Positions 1 through 10,439 of a stretch of DNA of 40,968 bases are shown here, piece by piece. Positions within the stretch are counted from its first letter, which is position 1, and every line of letters starts with the position of its first letter. The DNA is taken from NCBI RefSeq assembly GCF_001194135.2, contig NC_068996.1:35557161-35598128 (forward strand), written 5' to 3'. Under the pieces are notes generated by a model. That model was not told where the DNA came from. It saw nothing but the letters and a program-made list of their open reading frames with translations, and did not search any database. The translations under genes and the position numbers were made by a program. The stretch is from Octopus bimaculoides (taxonomy: Eukaryota).

Positions 1-327
1 CCTAGAGAAATAAGGTCACTGAGGGGTGTGTGTGTTAAGAAATGGTTGGAATTTCTCTATGAAAAGATTCTCCTTGTTGATTCTTTCTTGTGTGGAGATT
101 CTGTCTTTACATTGATAGAAAGGGAATATAATGAATTTAGGGTTTTTGTTTCTGGCGCAAGAGTCTATGTGGCCACTGAATGGAATTTGACGGTATTGAG
201 GGAGATTCATTTGTTCCTTATGGACTGCAACTCTTCTATGCAACGGGAGGCTCGTCTGTCCGATATAGAAGTTTTGGCAACCTGCACAAGTGTTTATGAC
301 AAACCATGTTATAATGACAATCGGGTT

Positions 328-1148
328 TACAAATAAAAGTACATAAACATAAACTTACAGCTGTTTCAGCCTAGCGTTGGCATGCCCCATTCTATCCGAA
401 TAGCTCCTGCCGGAGTAATTAGCGGATGAAATGCTGAAATGGGGGTACATGCATGATTCGCTAGGCCTCTTCAGAGATTCACAAAAAACTCCATACAAAT
501 ATACAGTAAGAGATAAAAACAAAATTTTCTGAGTGTGTGCGTATCAGTTCTGTATATTTTGGATGGGTCTAGGTGGAAGTTCATTTCATAGGAGTTATTA
601 ATATTCTAATAGTAGCAATAATAGTGATAGTGATGATGATGATGAAGATAATAACAACAACAACAACAATAATATGCCAACTTTCTTACTTTGCAGTGAC
701 GTGCCTCGTTATTTTTCTGCGTAGGATATCCTGTTACTTCTTCCAGTGGGTATGAGGTTCTGCTGCTATTTGGGGAGGGTTAATTTCTACAGTTAATTCC
801 TCTCATCTAATTGGACAACTATTGTTTTAAACTATCTAGGCTTAGCTACAGTTGGATAGACACCAACCGGTCAAGAGGCTAGGGCGCGCATGCATACATA
901 CACCCACACACATGTGCTATGTATATCTCTCCATATCCATATACACGCGTACCTATATGTATATACACATATACGTACACAAGCACACATACCTTCATTC
1001 TACTATACACTTGTACCCCCATTTCAGCATTTCATCCGCTAATTACTCCGGCAGGAGCTATTTGGATAGAATGGGGCATGCCAACGCTAGGCCGAAACAG
1101 CTGTAAGTTTATGTTTATTCTCAAATTCCTAATGTACTTTTATTTGTA
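328..1148. repeat. Long inverted repeat, arms 328-449 and 1012-1148 (foldback/MITE-like)
   Basis: 1012-1117 is the reverse complement of about 344-449 with 2 substitutions; the match resumes at 1132-1148 vs 328-344 after a 15-nt indel. Confidence 0.9.
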
Positions 1149-1248
1149 TATTTATAATTTTTTCCATGAGCGGATCTGATTTTTGATTTGTTAAATTACT
1201 GGTGACGACTTATTTTTCCAGTGGTTAAGTTTGTTGTTCTGCTATGAC

Positions 1249-1396
1249 TTATGAACATTTAAGTTTGTCGACATTGAAATTTTTAAACATGTTTTTCTAA
1301 TTCATAATTATAAATTTGTCTGTTATGAACATTTAAACTCGTCAACTTTGAAACTTTTAAATATGTTTTTCTAATTCATAATTCTAAATAACATTT
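1249..1396. repeat. Tandem duplication, 2 copies, period 74 bp
   Basis: ttatgaacatttaa...gtttttctaattcataatt starts at 1249 and again at 1323. Confidence 0.8.
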
Positions 1397-1469
1397 AGAG
1401 CAAAATGTTATTCGTTCTAAAATTAGAGTGAATAACATTTTTCAATTTCTGCTTCACAAACAATATGGA

Positions 1470-3445
1470 ATGATGTGAAAGTGATGCCGACATTAGCTTC
1501 AGATTACAACATAAGAGAGCTGTCTATGGATAGGCCAAAAGTAGCCAAACTCATACAGCCTAAAGGAAGCACCCAAAATCTCTCCAATCTGAACTTCCAC
1601 AAAGCAGACTGGAAATCGATCCAAAAAGAGATCCTCAGACAGGACTGGCCAAAATGTCTCTCCACATCAGACATTAGCATGAAACTAGAATATTTCATGT
1701 CTGTTATACAAACCATATACTAGAAATATGTCCCCAAGCACAAGGCCAGCACAAAAAGGAACAAGATTCCAAGGGAGAGGAAGATTCTCATGAGACAATG
1801 GACAAAAGTTGCAAATTGATTCAACTACCATTCCAAAAGTAGTGAAAGGTCTTGCCTAAAAGCAACACCAATGGAAATTTAAAAAGCCTGCAACAATCCT
1901 ATGTGAGGGTGAGAGCAGACAAAGAAGCCTGGGTTATAAAAAAAATTAAGTCAAACCCAAAGGCCTTCTTTCATTTTGCCAAAGAAACAGCCTCAGTACC
2001 CCTCTTCCAAAAGGATGGCTTCCTCACAGATAGTCCAACCAGGATCAGTGTAGTACTGAATGACTAGTTAAAAAGTGTTTTTACCACCCCATTGGAACAC
2101 AGACAAGTGAACGAACCAGTGGATTTCTTTGCCGCCTCATCTATATGTAACCAACAAGGCAGTTACAATGGATTACATCGACATTAGCGAAGAAGATATA
2201 CTACAAGCCGTAGATGAGGTGGACGCAAACTAAACTGTTGGTCCTGATGGTTTTCCAGCAATCTTCCTCAAATTGTGTAAGCATGCCCTGGTGAAACCTC
2301 TGCAGATTCTTTTCCAGAGCTTTCTTGTAAATGGCATGCTGCCAAGCAAACCGAAAGAGGGAATAAGATGCCCAATCCATAAAGGAGGAATCAAAGTCAT
2401 AGAACGGATAGTCAGAGGGAAACTAATTGCATTCCTTGAAAAAAACAACTTGCTGAGTGATACCTAGCATAGCTTTCAACCAGGTAGGAGCTGCTTGACC
2501 CAGTTCTTACAACATTATGACTGGGTGTTGAGGCAGTTACTCAACGACTCAAATGTGGATGCAATATACCTTGACTTTTCAAAAGCTTTTGATAAAGTGG
2601 ATCATGGTATGATATGCCACAAATTTCCAAGCCCTCCGCTACCAGCATCCAAAACTGAATATTAAACTTACAGAGTACACTGCTCAACAGGGGATTACAA
2701 TCCCAGAGCCTAAATCAGTGAGAGACCTGGGTATCGACATGAGTGATGATACCTCTTTCCAAGTGCACATTACCAGGATGGCAACAAAGTGCAGACGAGT
2801 GGCTGGATGGATCCTGAGAACATTCAGAACCAGAGATAAGGAAACCATGATGATCCTCTGGAGGACATTTGTCCTCAGCCGCCTGGATTACTGCTCACAG
2901 CTGTGGTCACCCACCAGTGTGAAATTAACAGCAGACCTTGAGGCAATCCAGAGAAGATTCACAAAGAAGATTGTCTCTTTGCAACTGCTCAGCTACTGGG
3001 ATAGGCTGAAACAGCTTAGACTCTACTCCCTGGAGAGAAAGCGGGAGAAGTATGCAGTGCCAAATTTTGGCATTGAAAGCTACACCAATGCCAGAACAGT
3101 TCAACACTGCACAGTGCCAAAGATCCCAGCAATGCCATTGCACTTCGGGACCAGTTACTGCAACAGCCTGGGTTTCAGGGGCCCAAAGCTTTTTGATATT
3201 CTCCTAAAGAGCCTGAGGGACCTACACAAAGTGGATGTAGGTGTTTTCAAATCAAAACTGGATCTCTTCCTGTCGAGAGTCCCAGATGAACCCACTTCGT
3301 GGCAAGAGGTGCAAATGGGGGTAATGACATCAAACTCCCTTATTCACCAAATGTCACATATTAGTGGAGACTCTCAATAATAACAGTGTAGCAAAATGGT
3401 GGTGCTCCAGCATGGCCGCAGCTCTGAGCTGAAACTACAAAAGAA
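1470..3445 (+). mobile_element. CR1-like non-LTR retrotransposon (LINE) ORF2 remnant with 3' end, internally deleted
   Basis: Broken ORFs give FHKADWKSI, VGPDGFPA, YLDFSKAFDKVDHG (RT) and LRTFRTRD...SRLDYCSQLWSP...LEAIQRRFTK (CR1-type C-terminus). Several stops and frameshifts; the QG/YADD core is missing at a junction near 2621; A-rich end near 3435-3450. Confidence 0.9.
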
Positions 3446-3599
3446 AAATAATGATAAACAAAAAAATATTGTTGAAACTAATTTGGTGTATATGTAAATA
3501 AATTTATTCTAAACAATTACAAGTTTTTCAAATTTAGGTGCATTTTCAACAACAAATTTCCCCATATTTTTTCTTGCGTGGAAATACACCCGCCTGTTT

Positions 3600-3604
<5 letters not shown>

Positions 3605-3640
<36 letters not shown>
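3605..3640. repeat. (TA)n/(CA)n microsatellite; similar tracts at about 11231-11280, 26035-26220, 26630-26730, 28670-28743, 39960-40045
   Basis: Read directly from the sequence. Confidence 0.95.
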
Positions 3641-3810
3641 TATATAAGGTTAAAGCTAGAGATTGAAACAACAACTAAGGGATAAAAATATCTGTTATAC
3701 TACTGGTATAATTATCTATGTTAACCCTGGACATACATATGCAAGCATATTATGCTCATAGGATACAAGTAATGACAAAGATAAACATGAGTTTATCAGG
3801 AATCAAATTT

Positions 3811-3971
3811 AAAGTAAACAGGAAATGGAGAAATATTGATCAACAACAATTGACTAACATCGATTATTACTTTTTAATACAAATAGACTGTATTCAGCCT
3901 ATTTGTATCAAAAATTAATAATTAATGTTAGTCACTTGTCGATCAATGTTTCTCCATTTTCTGTTAACTTT
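3811..3971. repeat. Near-perfect 160-nt foldback hairpin
   Basis: 3811-3890 is the reverse complement of 3895-3971 with about 9 substitutions and a 3-nt indel; loop tatt at 3891-3894. Confidence 0.9.
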
Positions 3972-3978
3972 GTGTGTA

Positions 3979-4658
3979 NNNNNNNNNNNNNNNNNNNNNN
4001 NNNNNNNNNNNNNNNNNNNNNNNNNNNNNNNNNNNNNNNNNNNNNNNNNNNNNNNNNNNNNNNNNNNNNNNNNNNNNNNNNNNNNNNNNNNNNNNNNNNN
4101 NNNNNNNNNNNNNNNNNNNNNNNNNNNNNNNNNNNNNNNNNNNNNNNNNNNNNNNNNNNNNNNNNNNNNNNNNNNNNNNNNNNNNNNNNNNNNNNNNNNN
4201 NNNNNNNNNNNNNNNNNNNNNNNNNNNNNNNNNNNNNNNNNNNNNNNNNNNNNNNNNNNNNNNNNNNNNNNNNNNNNNNNNNNNNNNNNNNNNNNNNNNN
4301 NNNNNNNNNNNNNNNNNNNNNNNNNNNNNNNNNNNNNNNNNNNNNNNNNNNNNNNNNNNNNNNNNNNNNNNNNNNNNNNNNNNNNNNNNNNNNNNNNNNN
4401 NNNNNNNNNNNNNNNNNNNNNNNNNNNNNNNNNNNNNNNNNNNNNNNNNNNNNNNNNNNNNNNNNNNNNNNNNNNNNNNNNNNNNNNNNNNNNNNNNNNN
4501 NNNNNNNNNNNNNNNNNNNNNNNNNNNNNNNNNNNNNNNNNNNNNNNNNNNNNNNNNNNNNNNNNNNNNNNNNNNNNNNNNNNNNNNNNNNNNNNNNNNN
4601 NNNNNNNNNNNNNNNNNNNNNNNNNNNNNNNNNNNNNNNNNNNNNNNNNNNNNNNNNN
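3979..4658. other. Assembly gap (N)
   Basis: Run of N. Confidence 1.
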
Positions 4659-4696
<38 letters not shown>

Positions 4697-4716
4697 TATA
4701 TGCATATACATATATA

Positions 4717-5915
4717 CCCAGATGTGACAGAAGTAAATATACACCCCATAAAACATCGTTTTATGTTTTTTCTAACTTGTGAAGGTTTATATTTTTTTTA
4801 ATAATTTATATTTTTGTGCTTCATGTTCTATATGTGACTGTTTAATCATGCCATGTACAAAAGAAGCCTTGGAACTGTCTGAATTTCAAAGAGACCGTAT
4901 TGTGGGTCATTATGAAGGCTTACATAGCGTAAAATTGCAGAGATCCTTGGGATCCTGCTTTTTACAGTTAATAGAATGATTGTGGAATTCACCAGAGAAG
5001 GGAAAGAGTCCACATCACCTCGCCGAAGTTGACCAGGGCTCTCTTTGTTAAGAGAAGTATGGAGGATAATCCTCATTGCAAGGCCTCTGACATAGCAGAA
5101 TGCTTTGACATCAGGTATCTTCACAAACTTGGTTACAATGGCAGAGCAGCAAGAAGGAAGCCACTTCTTTGACCAGCCAATATCAAGCAGAGAAAAGACT
5201 GGGCCAGTGAGATGGTGGAGAGGCCACTAGCATTTTGGGACACTGTCCTATACTCCAATGAGTTCAGATTTGCTGTGTTTTCTAACAGTGGTTGAATGTG
5301 GGTTTGGAAACTCTGGGTTCAAGAATTTGATGTGCAAAGATTACAGTCAACAATGAAACACAGCAGCTATTCAGTGATTTGGAGCAATGGTCAATCAGAG
5401 CTGGTGGAGTGTGAGGGAAATATAAACTCAGATGAATATACATTCATATTAGAGAAAGGACTCCTTCCAATCTTCTCCAGTGGTGAAATGATTAAAGAAG
5501 ACTCTTTACTTATGGAAGATGGAGCTTCTTGTCACATGGCTAAAATGACCCAAGATTTCTTGGATGAGAATGACATTAAAAAGCTTCCATGACCAAGACA
5601 TTCACCAGATATGAACTCTAGTGAACACTTCAGGTGCATAATGGACAGGACACTTCATAAAAAGTACAAGAAAACATCTTCAAAGCCAAATCTTTTGAGA
5701 TTACTGCATGAAATTTGGCAAGAAATTCTTCAAGAGAATATTCGTCATCTGATCAGTAACATGCCTAATAGGGTCCTTGCATTGAAAAATGCAAGTGGTA
5801 TGTCTATTAGATATTAAATATTCACATTATAACAGTTAATAAATAATCTGAGTGTATAATTTCAGATTTAAATGAACTTTAATGATTATAAGGGTGTCTA
5901 TTTACTTCTGTTATG
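4717..5915 (+). mobile_element. Tc1/mariner (Tc1-type) DNA transposon, degenerate transposase with TIRs
   Basis: Fragments ELSEFQRDRIVG, EDGASCH and P*PRHSPDMNSSEHF match the Tc1 motifs (WPxxSPDLNPIEH). 4725-4746 tgacagaagtaaatatacaccc matches the reverse complement of 5892-5913 at 20/22. About 1.2 kb, flanked by TA/TG tracts. Confidence 0.85.
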
Positions 5916-5940
5916 TGTGTGTGTGTGTATCAGCATCTCT

Positions 5941-6254
5941 TTACTCTTTTACTTGTTTCAGTCATTTGACTGCGGCCATGCTGGAGCACCACCTTTAGTC
6001 GAGCAAATCAACCCCAGGAATTATTTTTTGTAAGCCTAGTACTTATTCTATCGATGTCTTTTGCCGAACTGCTAAGTTACAGCATCGGTTGTCAAGCAAT
6101 GTTGGGGGGACAAACACAGGCACATATATATACATATATATATATATATATACGATGGGCTTCTTTCAGTTTCCGTTTACCAAATCCACTCACAAGGCTT
6201 TGGTCGGCCCAAGGCTATAGTAGAAGACACTAGCCCAAGGTGCCACACAGTGGG
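5941..6254 (-). mobile_element. tRNA-derived SINE, family A (CR1-type 3' tail, internal TA microsatellite); 5' end in gap
   Basis: Homologous to 36831-37207, 40047-40208 and 40815-40950 in this window; tail ggtggtgctccagcatggccgcagtcaaatgactgaaac on the minus strand. Confidence 0.85.
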
Positions 6255-6904
6255 NNNNNNNNNNNNNNNNNNNNNNNNNNNNNNNNNNNNNNNNNNNNNN
6301 NNNNNNNNNNNNNNNNNNNNNNNNNNNNNNNNNNNNNNNNNNNNNNNNNNNNNNNNNNNNNNNNNNNNNNNNNNNNNNNNNNNNNNNNNNNNNNNNNNNN
6401 NNNNNNNNNNNNNNNNNNNNNNNNNNNNNNNNNNNNNNNNNNNNNNNNNNNNNNNNNNNNNNNNNNNNNNNNNNNNNNNNNNNNNNNNNNNNNNNNNNNN
6501 NNNNNNNNNNNNNNNNNNNNNNNNNNNNNNNNNNNNNNNNNNNNNNNNNNNNNNNNNNNNNNNNNNNNNNNNNNNNNNNNNNNNNNNNNNNNNNNNNNNN
6601 NNNNNNNNNNNNNNNNNNNNNNNNNNNNNNNNNNNNNNNNNNNNNNNNNNNNNNNNNNNNNNNNNNNNNNNNNNNNNNNNNNNNNNNNNNNNNNNNNNNN
6701 NNNNNNNNNNNNNNNNNNNNNNNNNNNNNNNNNNNNNNNNNNNNNNNNNNNNNNNNNNNNNNNNNNNNNNNNNNNNNNNNNNNNNNNNNNNNNNNNNNNN
6801 NNNNNNNNNNNNNNNNNNNNNNNNNNNNNNNNNNNNNNNNNNNNNNNNNNNNNNNNNNNNNNNNNNNNNNNNNNNNNNNNNNNNNNNNNNNNNNNNNNNN
6901 NNNN
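6255..6904. other. Assembly gap (N)
   Basis: Run of N. Confidence 1.
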
Positions 6905-6984
6905 TTTTCCCTTATGAGGTTTTTTCATGCTAGCTACTTGATAAATTCTTATAAAAGACTTTATTCTATTATTGAATTATATGA

Positions 6985-7620
6985 AAACTTGGAGAGTGGT
7001 TACATGACTTTCTGAAAGATAGAAGTCAGGCAGTAGTGGCTAATGGAGCCACCTCTATGAAAACACAAATAATGAGCGGTGTTCCACAGGGCACTGTCTT
7101 GGGACCATTGCTTTTTATAGTCGCTCTCTCAGATATGCCTTCAAGTGCCCGGATAGCCACTCTTGCAAGCTACGCAGACGATATGAAAGTCTCGCAGAAA
7201 ATACAGAACTCCAGTGATGTTGCACACTTGCAGCAGGAGTTGGACTCAGTTTACAGATGGGCTGAGGATAATAATATACAGTTTAATGCTGATAAATTCC
7301 AAGCCCTGCGCTACCAACATCCAAAACTGAATATCAAACTTACAGAGTACACTGGTCCGCAGGGAATTTCTATCCCAGAGCCTAAATCAGTGATAGACAT
7401 GGGTATCGACATGAGTGATGATACCTCTTTCCAAGTGCACATTACCAGGATGGCAACAATGCCATCGCGCTTCAGGACCAGTTACTGCAGCAGTTTGGGT
7501 TTCAGGGGCCCAAAGCTTTTTAATATTCTCCTAAAGAGCCTGAAAAACCTGCACAAAGTAGATGTAGGTGTTTTTAAATCAAAGCTGGACCTCTCCCTGT
7601 CGACAGTCCCAGATGAACCT
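6985..7620 (+). mobile_element. Second CR1-like LINE fragment containing the RT core
   Basis: KLGEWLHDFLKDRSQ, SGVPQGTVLGPLLF and SYADD (7171-7182); about 90% similar by eye to 2621-2787 and 3133-3293; runs into a gap. Confidence 0.9.
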
Positions 7621-7760
7621 NNNNNNNNNNNNNNNNNNNNNNNNNNNNNNNNNNNNNNNNNNNNNNNNNNNNNNNNNNNNNNNNNNNNNNNNNNNNNNNN
7701 NNNNNNNNNNNNNNNNNNNNNNNNNNNNNNNNNNNNNNNNNNNNNNNNNNNNNNNNNNNN
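7621..7760. other. Assembly gap (N)
   Basis: Run of N. Confidence 1.
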
Positions 7761-7911
7761 ATGGTTAAGTCAGCTCTTATGAATTTCCCTGAAAAGAAGA
7801 TTACATCTTTATGAACAACACTCATTCCTTTGGAAGGAACCATTTGTAATCTTCAAAACATATGTCGGAAATAAAAGAATTCATTTAACATATGCGTATT
7901 ACTCTATTTGT

Positions 7912-8286
7912 GGATGCGCAATGGTCCAGTGGTTAGGGCAGCAGACTTGCGGTCATAGGATCGCGGTTTCGATTCCCAAACCAGGTGTTGTGAGTGTTTA
8001 TTGAGCGAAAACACCTAAAGCTCCACGCGGCTCCGGCAGGGGATGGTGGCGAACCCTGCTGTACTCTTTCACCACAACTTTCTCTCACTCTTACTTCCTG
8101 TTTCAGTTGTGCCTGTAATTCAAAAGGTCAGCCTTGTCACACTGAAAATCCCCGAGAACTACGTTAAGGGTACACGTGTCTGTGGAGTGCTCAGCCACTT
8201 GCATGTTAATTTCATAAACAGGCTGTTCCATTGATCCGATCAACAGGAACCCTCGACGTCGTGAGCAACGGAGTGCCAACAACAAC
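7912..8286 (+). mobile_element. tRNA-derived SINE, family B, full length with TSD
   Basis: A-box-like tggtccagtgg, B-box-like ggtttcgattccc, (AAC)n tail; 12-bp direct repeat attactctattt (7898-7909) / attactccattt (8287-8298). Confidence 0.85.
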
Positions 8287-8313
8287 ATTACTCCATTTAT
8301 TAAATTTTATGTA

Positions 8314-8344
<31 letters not shown>

Positions 8345-8443
8345 GCTTTTGTTGTGATATATATACATTATATATATGTACATGTGTGTGCGTGTGTGTG
8401 TTTGCATGTATATATGCGAGATAATAGTTTCAGTATCAATAGT

Positions 8444-8822
8444 CATCATCATCATCATCATCGTTTAACGTCCGCTTTCCATGCTAGCATGGGTTGGACG
8501 ATTTGACTGAGGACTGGTGAAACCGGATGGCAACACCAGGCTCCAGTCTGATTTGGCAGAGTTTCTACAGCTGGATGCCCTTCCTAACGCCAACCACTCA
8601 GAGAGTGTAGTGGGTGCTTTTACGTGTCACCCGCACGAAAACGGCCACGCTCGAAATGGTGTCTTTTATGTGCCACCCGCACAAGCCAGTCCAGGGGCAC
8701 TGGCAACGATCTCGCTCGAAAATCCTACAGGAGCCAGTCAGGCGGTACTGGCAACGGCCACGCTCAAAATGGTGCATCTCATGTGCCACCCGCACAAGAA
8801 CCAGTCCAGGGGCACTGGCAAC
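8444..8822 (-). mobile_element. SINE-like repeat, family C, with RTE-type 3' end and (TGA)n tail
   Basis: Minus strand ends ggttggcgttaggaagggcatccagctgtagaaac...aaacgatgatgatg; near-identical copies at 24994 and 37514; an internal module of about 65 bp is duplicated. Confidence 0.85.
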
Positions 8823-9469
8823 TGTAACTATTAAACTGAAAGTATCTGACATTACAGTAGAGTGATGTTATTGTTTCACTTTTGACACGTAATACTGAAA
8901 TAGTGTAGGAGATTGCTCTGGGCTCACATTAGGCAAGAAGTTGTAAACTTTTTTGGCTTATGACACTGCATAGACCCTAAGTAAGGCATGTGTAAAATTT
9001 CAATGAAATTAGTTGGGTAGTTCTTGAGTTTTAGCGATGCCCACATATAGACGGACACACATTCTCAGTTTTATATATATAGATTACAAAGTAAATATTC
9101 TTGAATAACACCATGTTTTGCTTGTCTGTCTTCCATTTTGATATAAATATATATGTACGTATGTGTGTGTGTGCATGTGTGTGTGTGTGTATGTGTGTGT
9201 GTGTATGTGTATACATGTGTCGTATGTGATTGTGTTTAGTAAAAAAAGGAAGAAAATACTTATTAGATATGTGGAGGGTAATCTCTTCTGTCATAGCTGC
9301 TGAAAATCCTGTGTTTTATCTACTCTTTATTAAAGTCAATCTGGTCTCCTTCAACATGACAAAGATGCAATTAGAACACATATCAAGGAAACAATGTTGT
9401 AATCTTACTTTCGACATGAACAATACACAACCAGAACCCTCAAAATCATTACAAATGTTAGGCCTCAAT

Positions 9470-9603
9470 CACTAGCATAGCAGTAGGAGCGCCACATTTC
9501 ATCCTGTTGTAAGCTATTGCTGTAGGCAATATGTTTTTGTAGGGTCTGGGGGCAGCAAATGGAAGGGCCGCCTCAGGCGGCACATACTCTAGCTACACTA
9601 ATG
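9470..9603. mobile_element. hAT-type MITE with 8-bp TSD
   Basis: gcctcaat at 9462-9469 and 9604-9611 (perfect 8-bp direct repeat); decayed 12-bp TIRs cactagcatagc / gctacactaatg (9/12). Confidence 0.7.
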
Positions 9604-9700
9604 GCCTCAATATTAGTGATCTTTTCTCCGGGTTATTGCATATCCTCAACATAGCTTATCTCTTCAGCTTTCATGAAATACTGACTTTCATATAGAAAGC

Positions 9701-9883
9701 ACTGGTGCTGGTGCCACATAAAAAGTACTGGTAATGATGCCATGTGTGAAGCACCTGGTACACACTGTAAAGTGGTCAGTGCTAAGAAGGGCATCCACCT
9801 GTAGAAACCAAGCCAAACCAACTTTGGAACCTGGTACGGCCCCTGTCAAACCATCTATGGAAAACAGATGTAAAATGATGATT
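9701..9883 (+). mobile_element. Old, diverged family C SINE copy
   Basis: aagaagggcatccacctgtagaaacc ... atggaaaacagatgtaaaatgatgat resembles the family C 3' end. Confidence 0.6.
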
Positions 9884-10439
9884 GGTGGTACAAAGCTAAA
9901 GTGAGATACACATTGAAATACTCTCCCACATCTGGTATAGTGCTGCTGCTGCTGCAGATGAGATGCAGACATTTTAGATTGCATCTCTTTCCAAAAACTC
10001 CTCATCTGGCCAGCATGAAGTTGGTCATTTTCTCCCATTGCTAACAATGGCCTCTGTTCTCCTAGTACCTTCACTTAGCTTCATAAGACTCACTCTTCAC
10101 ATGACCCATGTTAGTCCTTTCTCACCAGATTTCTCCATCTTCCTGCTACTACTAGCAATATGATCAGGTGCACCAGGTAGTTACAGAAATCATAGGCATT
10201 CACTCCAAAGAGAAAAAAATATTGTTTTCTTGAAGCTGATATTCACTGAAACACCAATAATTCTACCTACTTTCCACAGCCCCAGGCAGCCAATGATGTT
10301 CTGCCCAGACATAGTCACTTTCTCAGGTTCTAGTAAAGAGATAATCATGTAAGAACCAACTGTGCTGTGGGAAGAACACAAGAAGGAGGCTCATTATTGT
10401 TATTGTTATGGTTGGCTTCCAACAGAGACTGTAGCAACA

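Noticed and set aside
28-336. 102-aa ORF at the window start
   Set aside because: No recognisable motif, no ATG start, and truncated context; it may be a decayed retroelement end but I cannot support a call.
3903-4801. Long ORFs of 200-285 aa here and at 6230-6933 and 28628-29269
   Set aside because: Artefacts of N runs and TA/TG microsatellites (poly-X, YIYI).
7912-7985. tRNA-like sequences here and at 27644-27712, 36831-36900 and about 28200-28260
   Set aside because: They have A/B boxes but no complete cloverleaf I can support, and they continue into repeat bodies: SINE heads, not tRNA genes.
8517-8865. Overlapping ORFs in several frames, with similar ORFs at 25058-25423
   Set aside because: They lie within copies of a GC-richer SINE-like repeat; not host genes.
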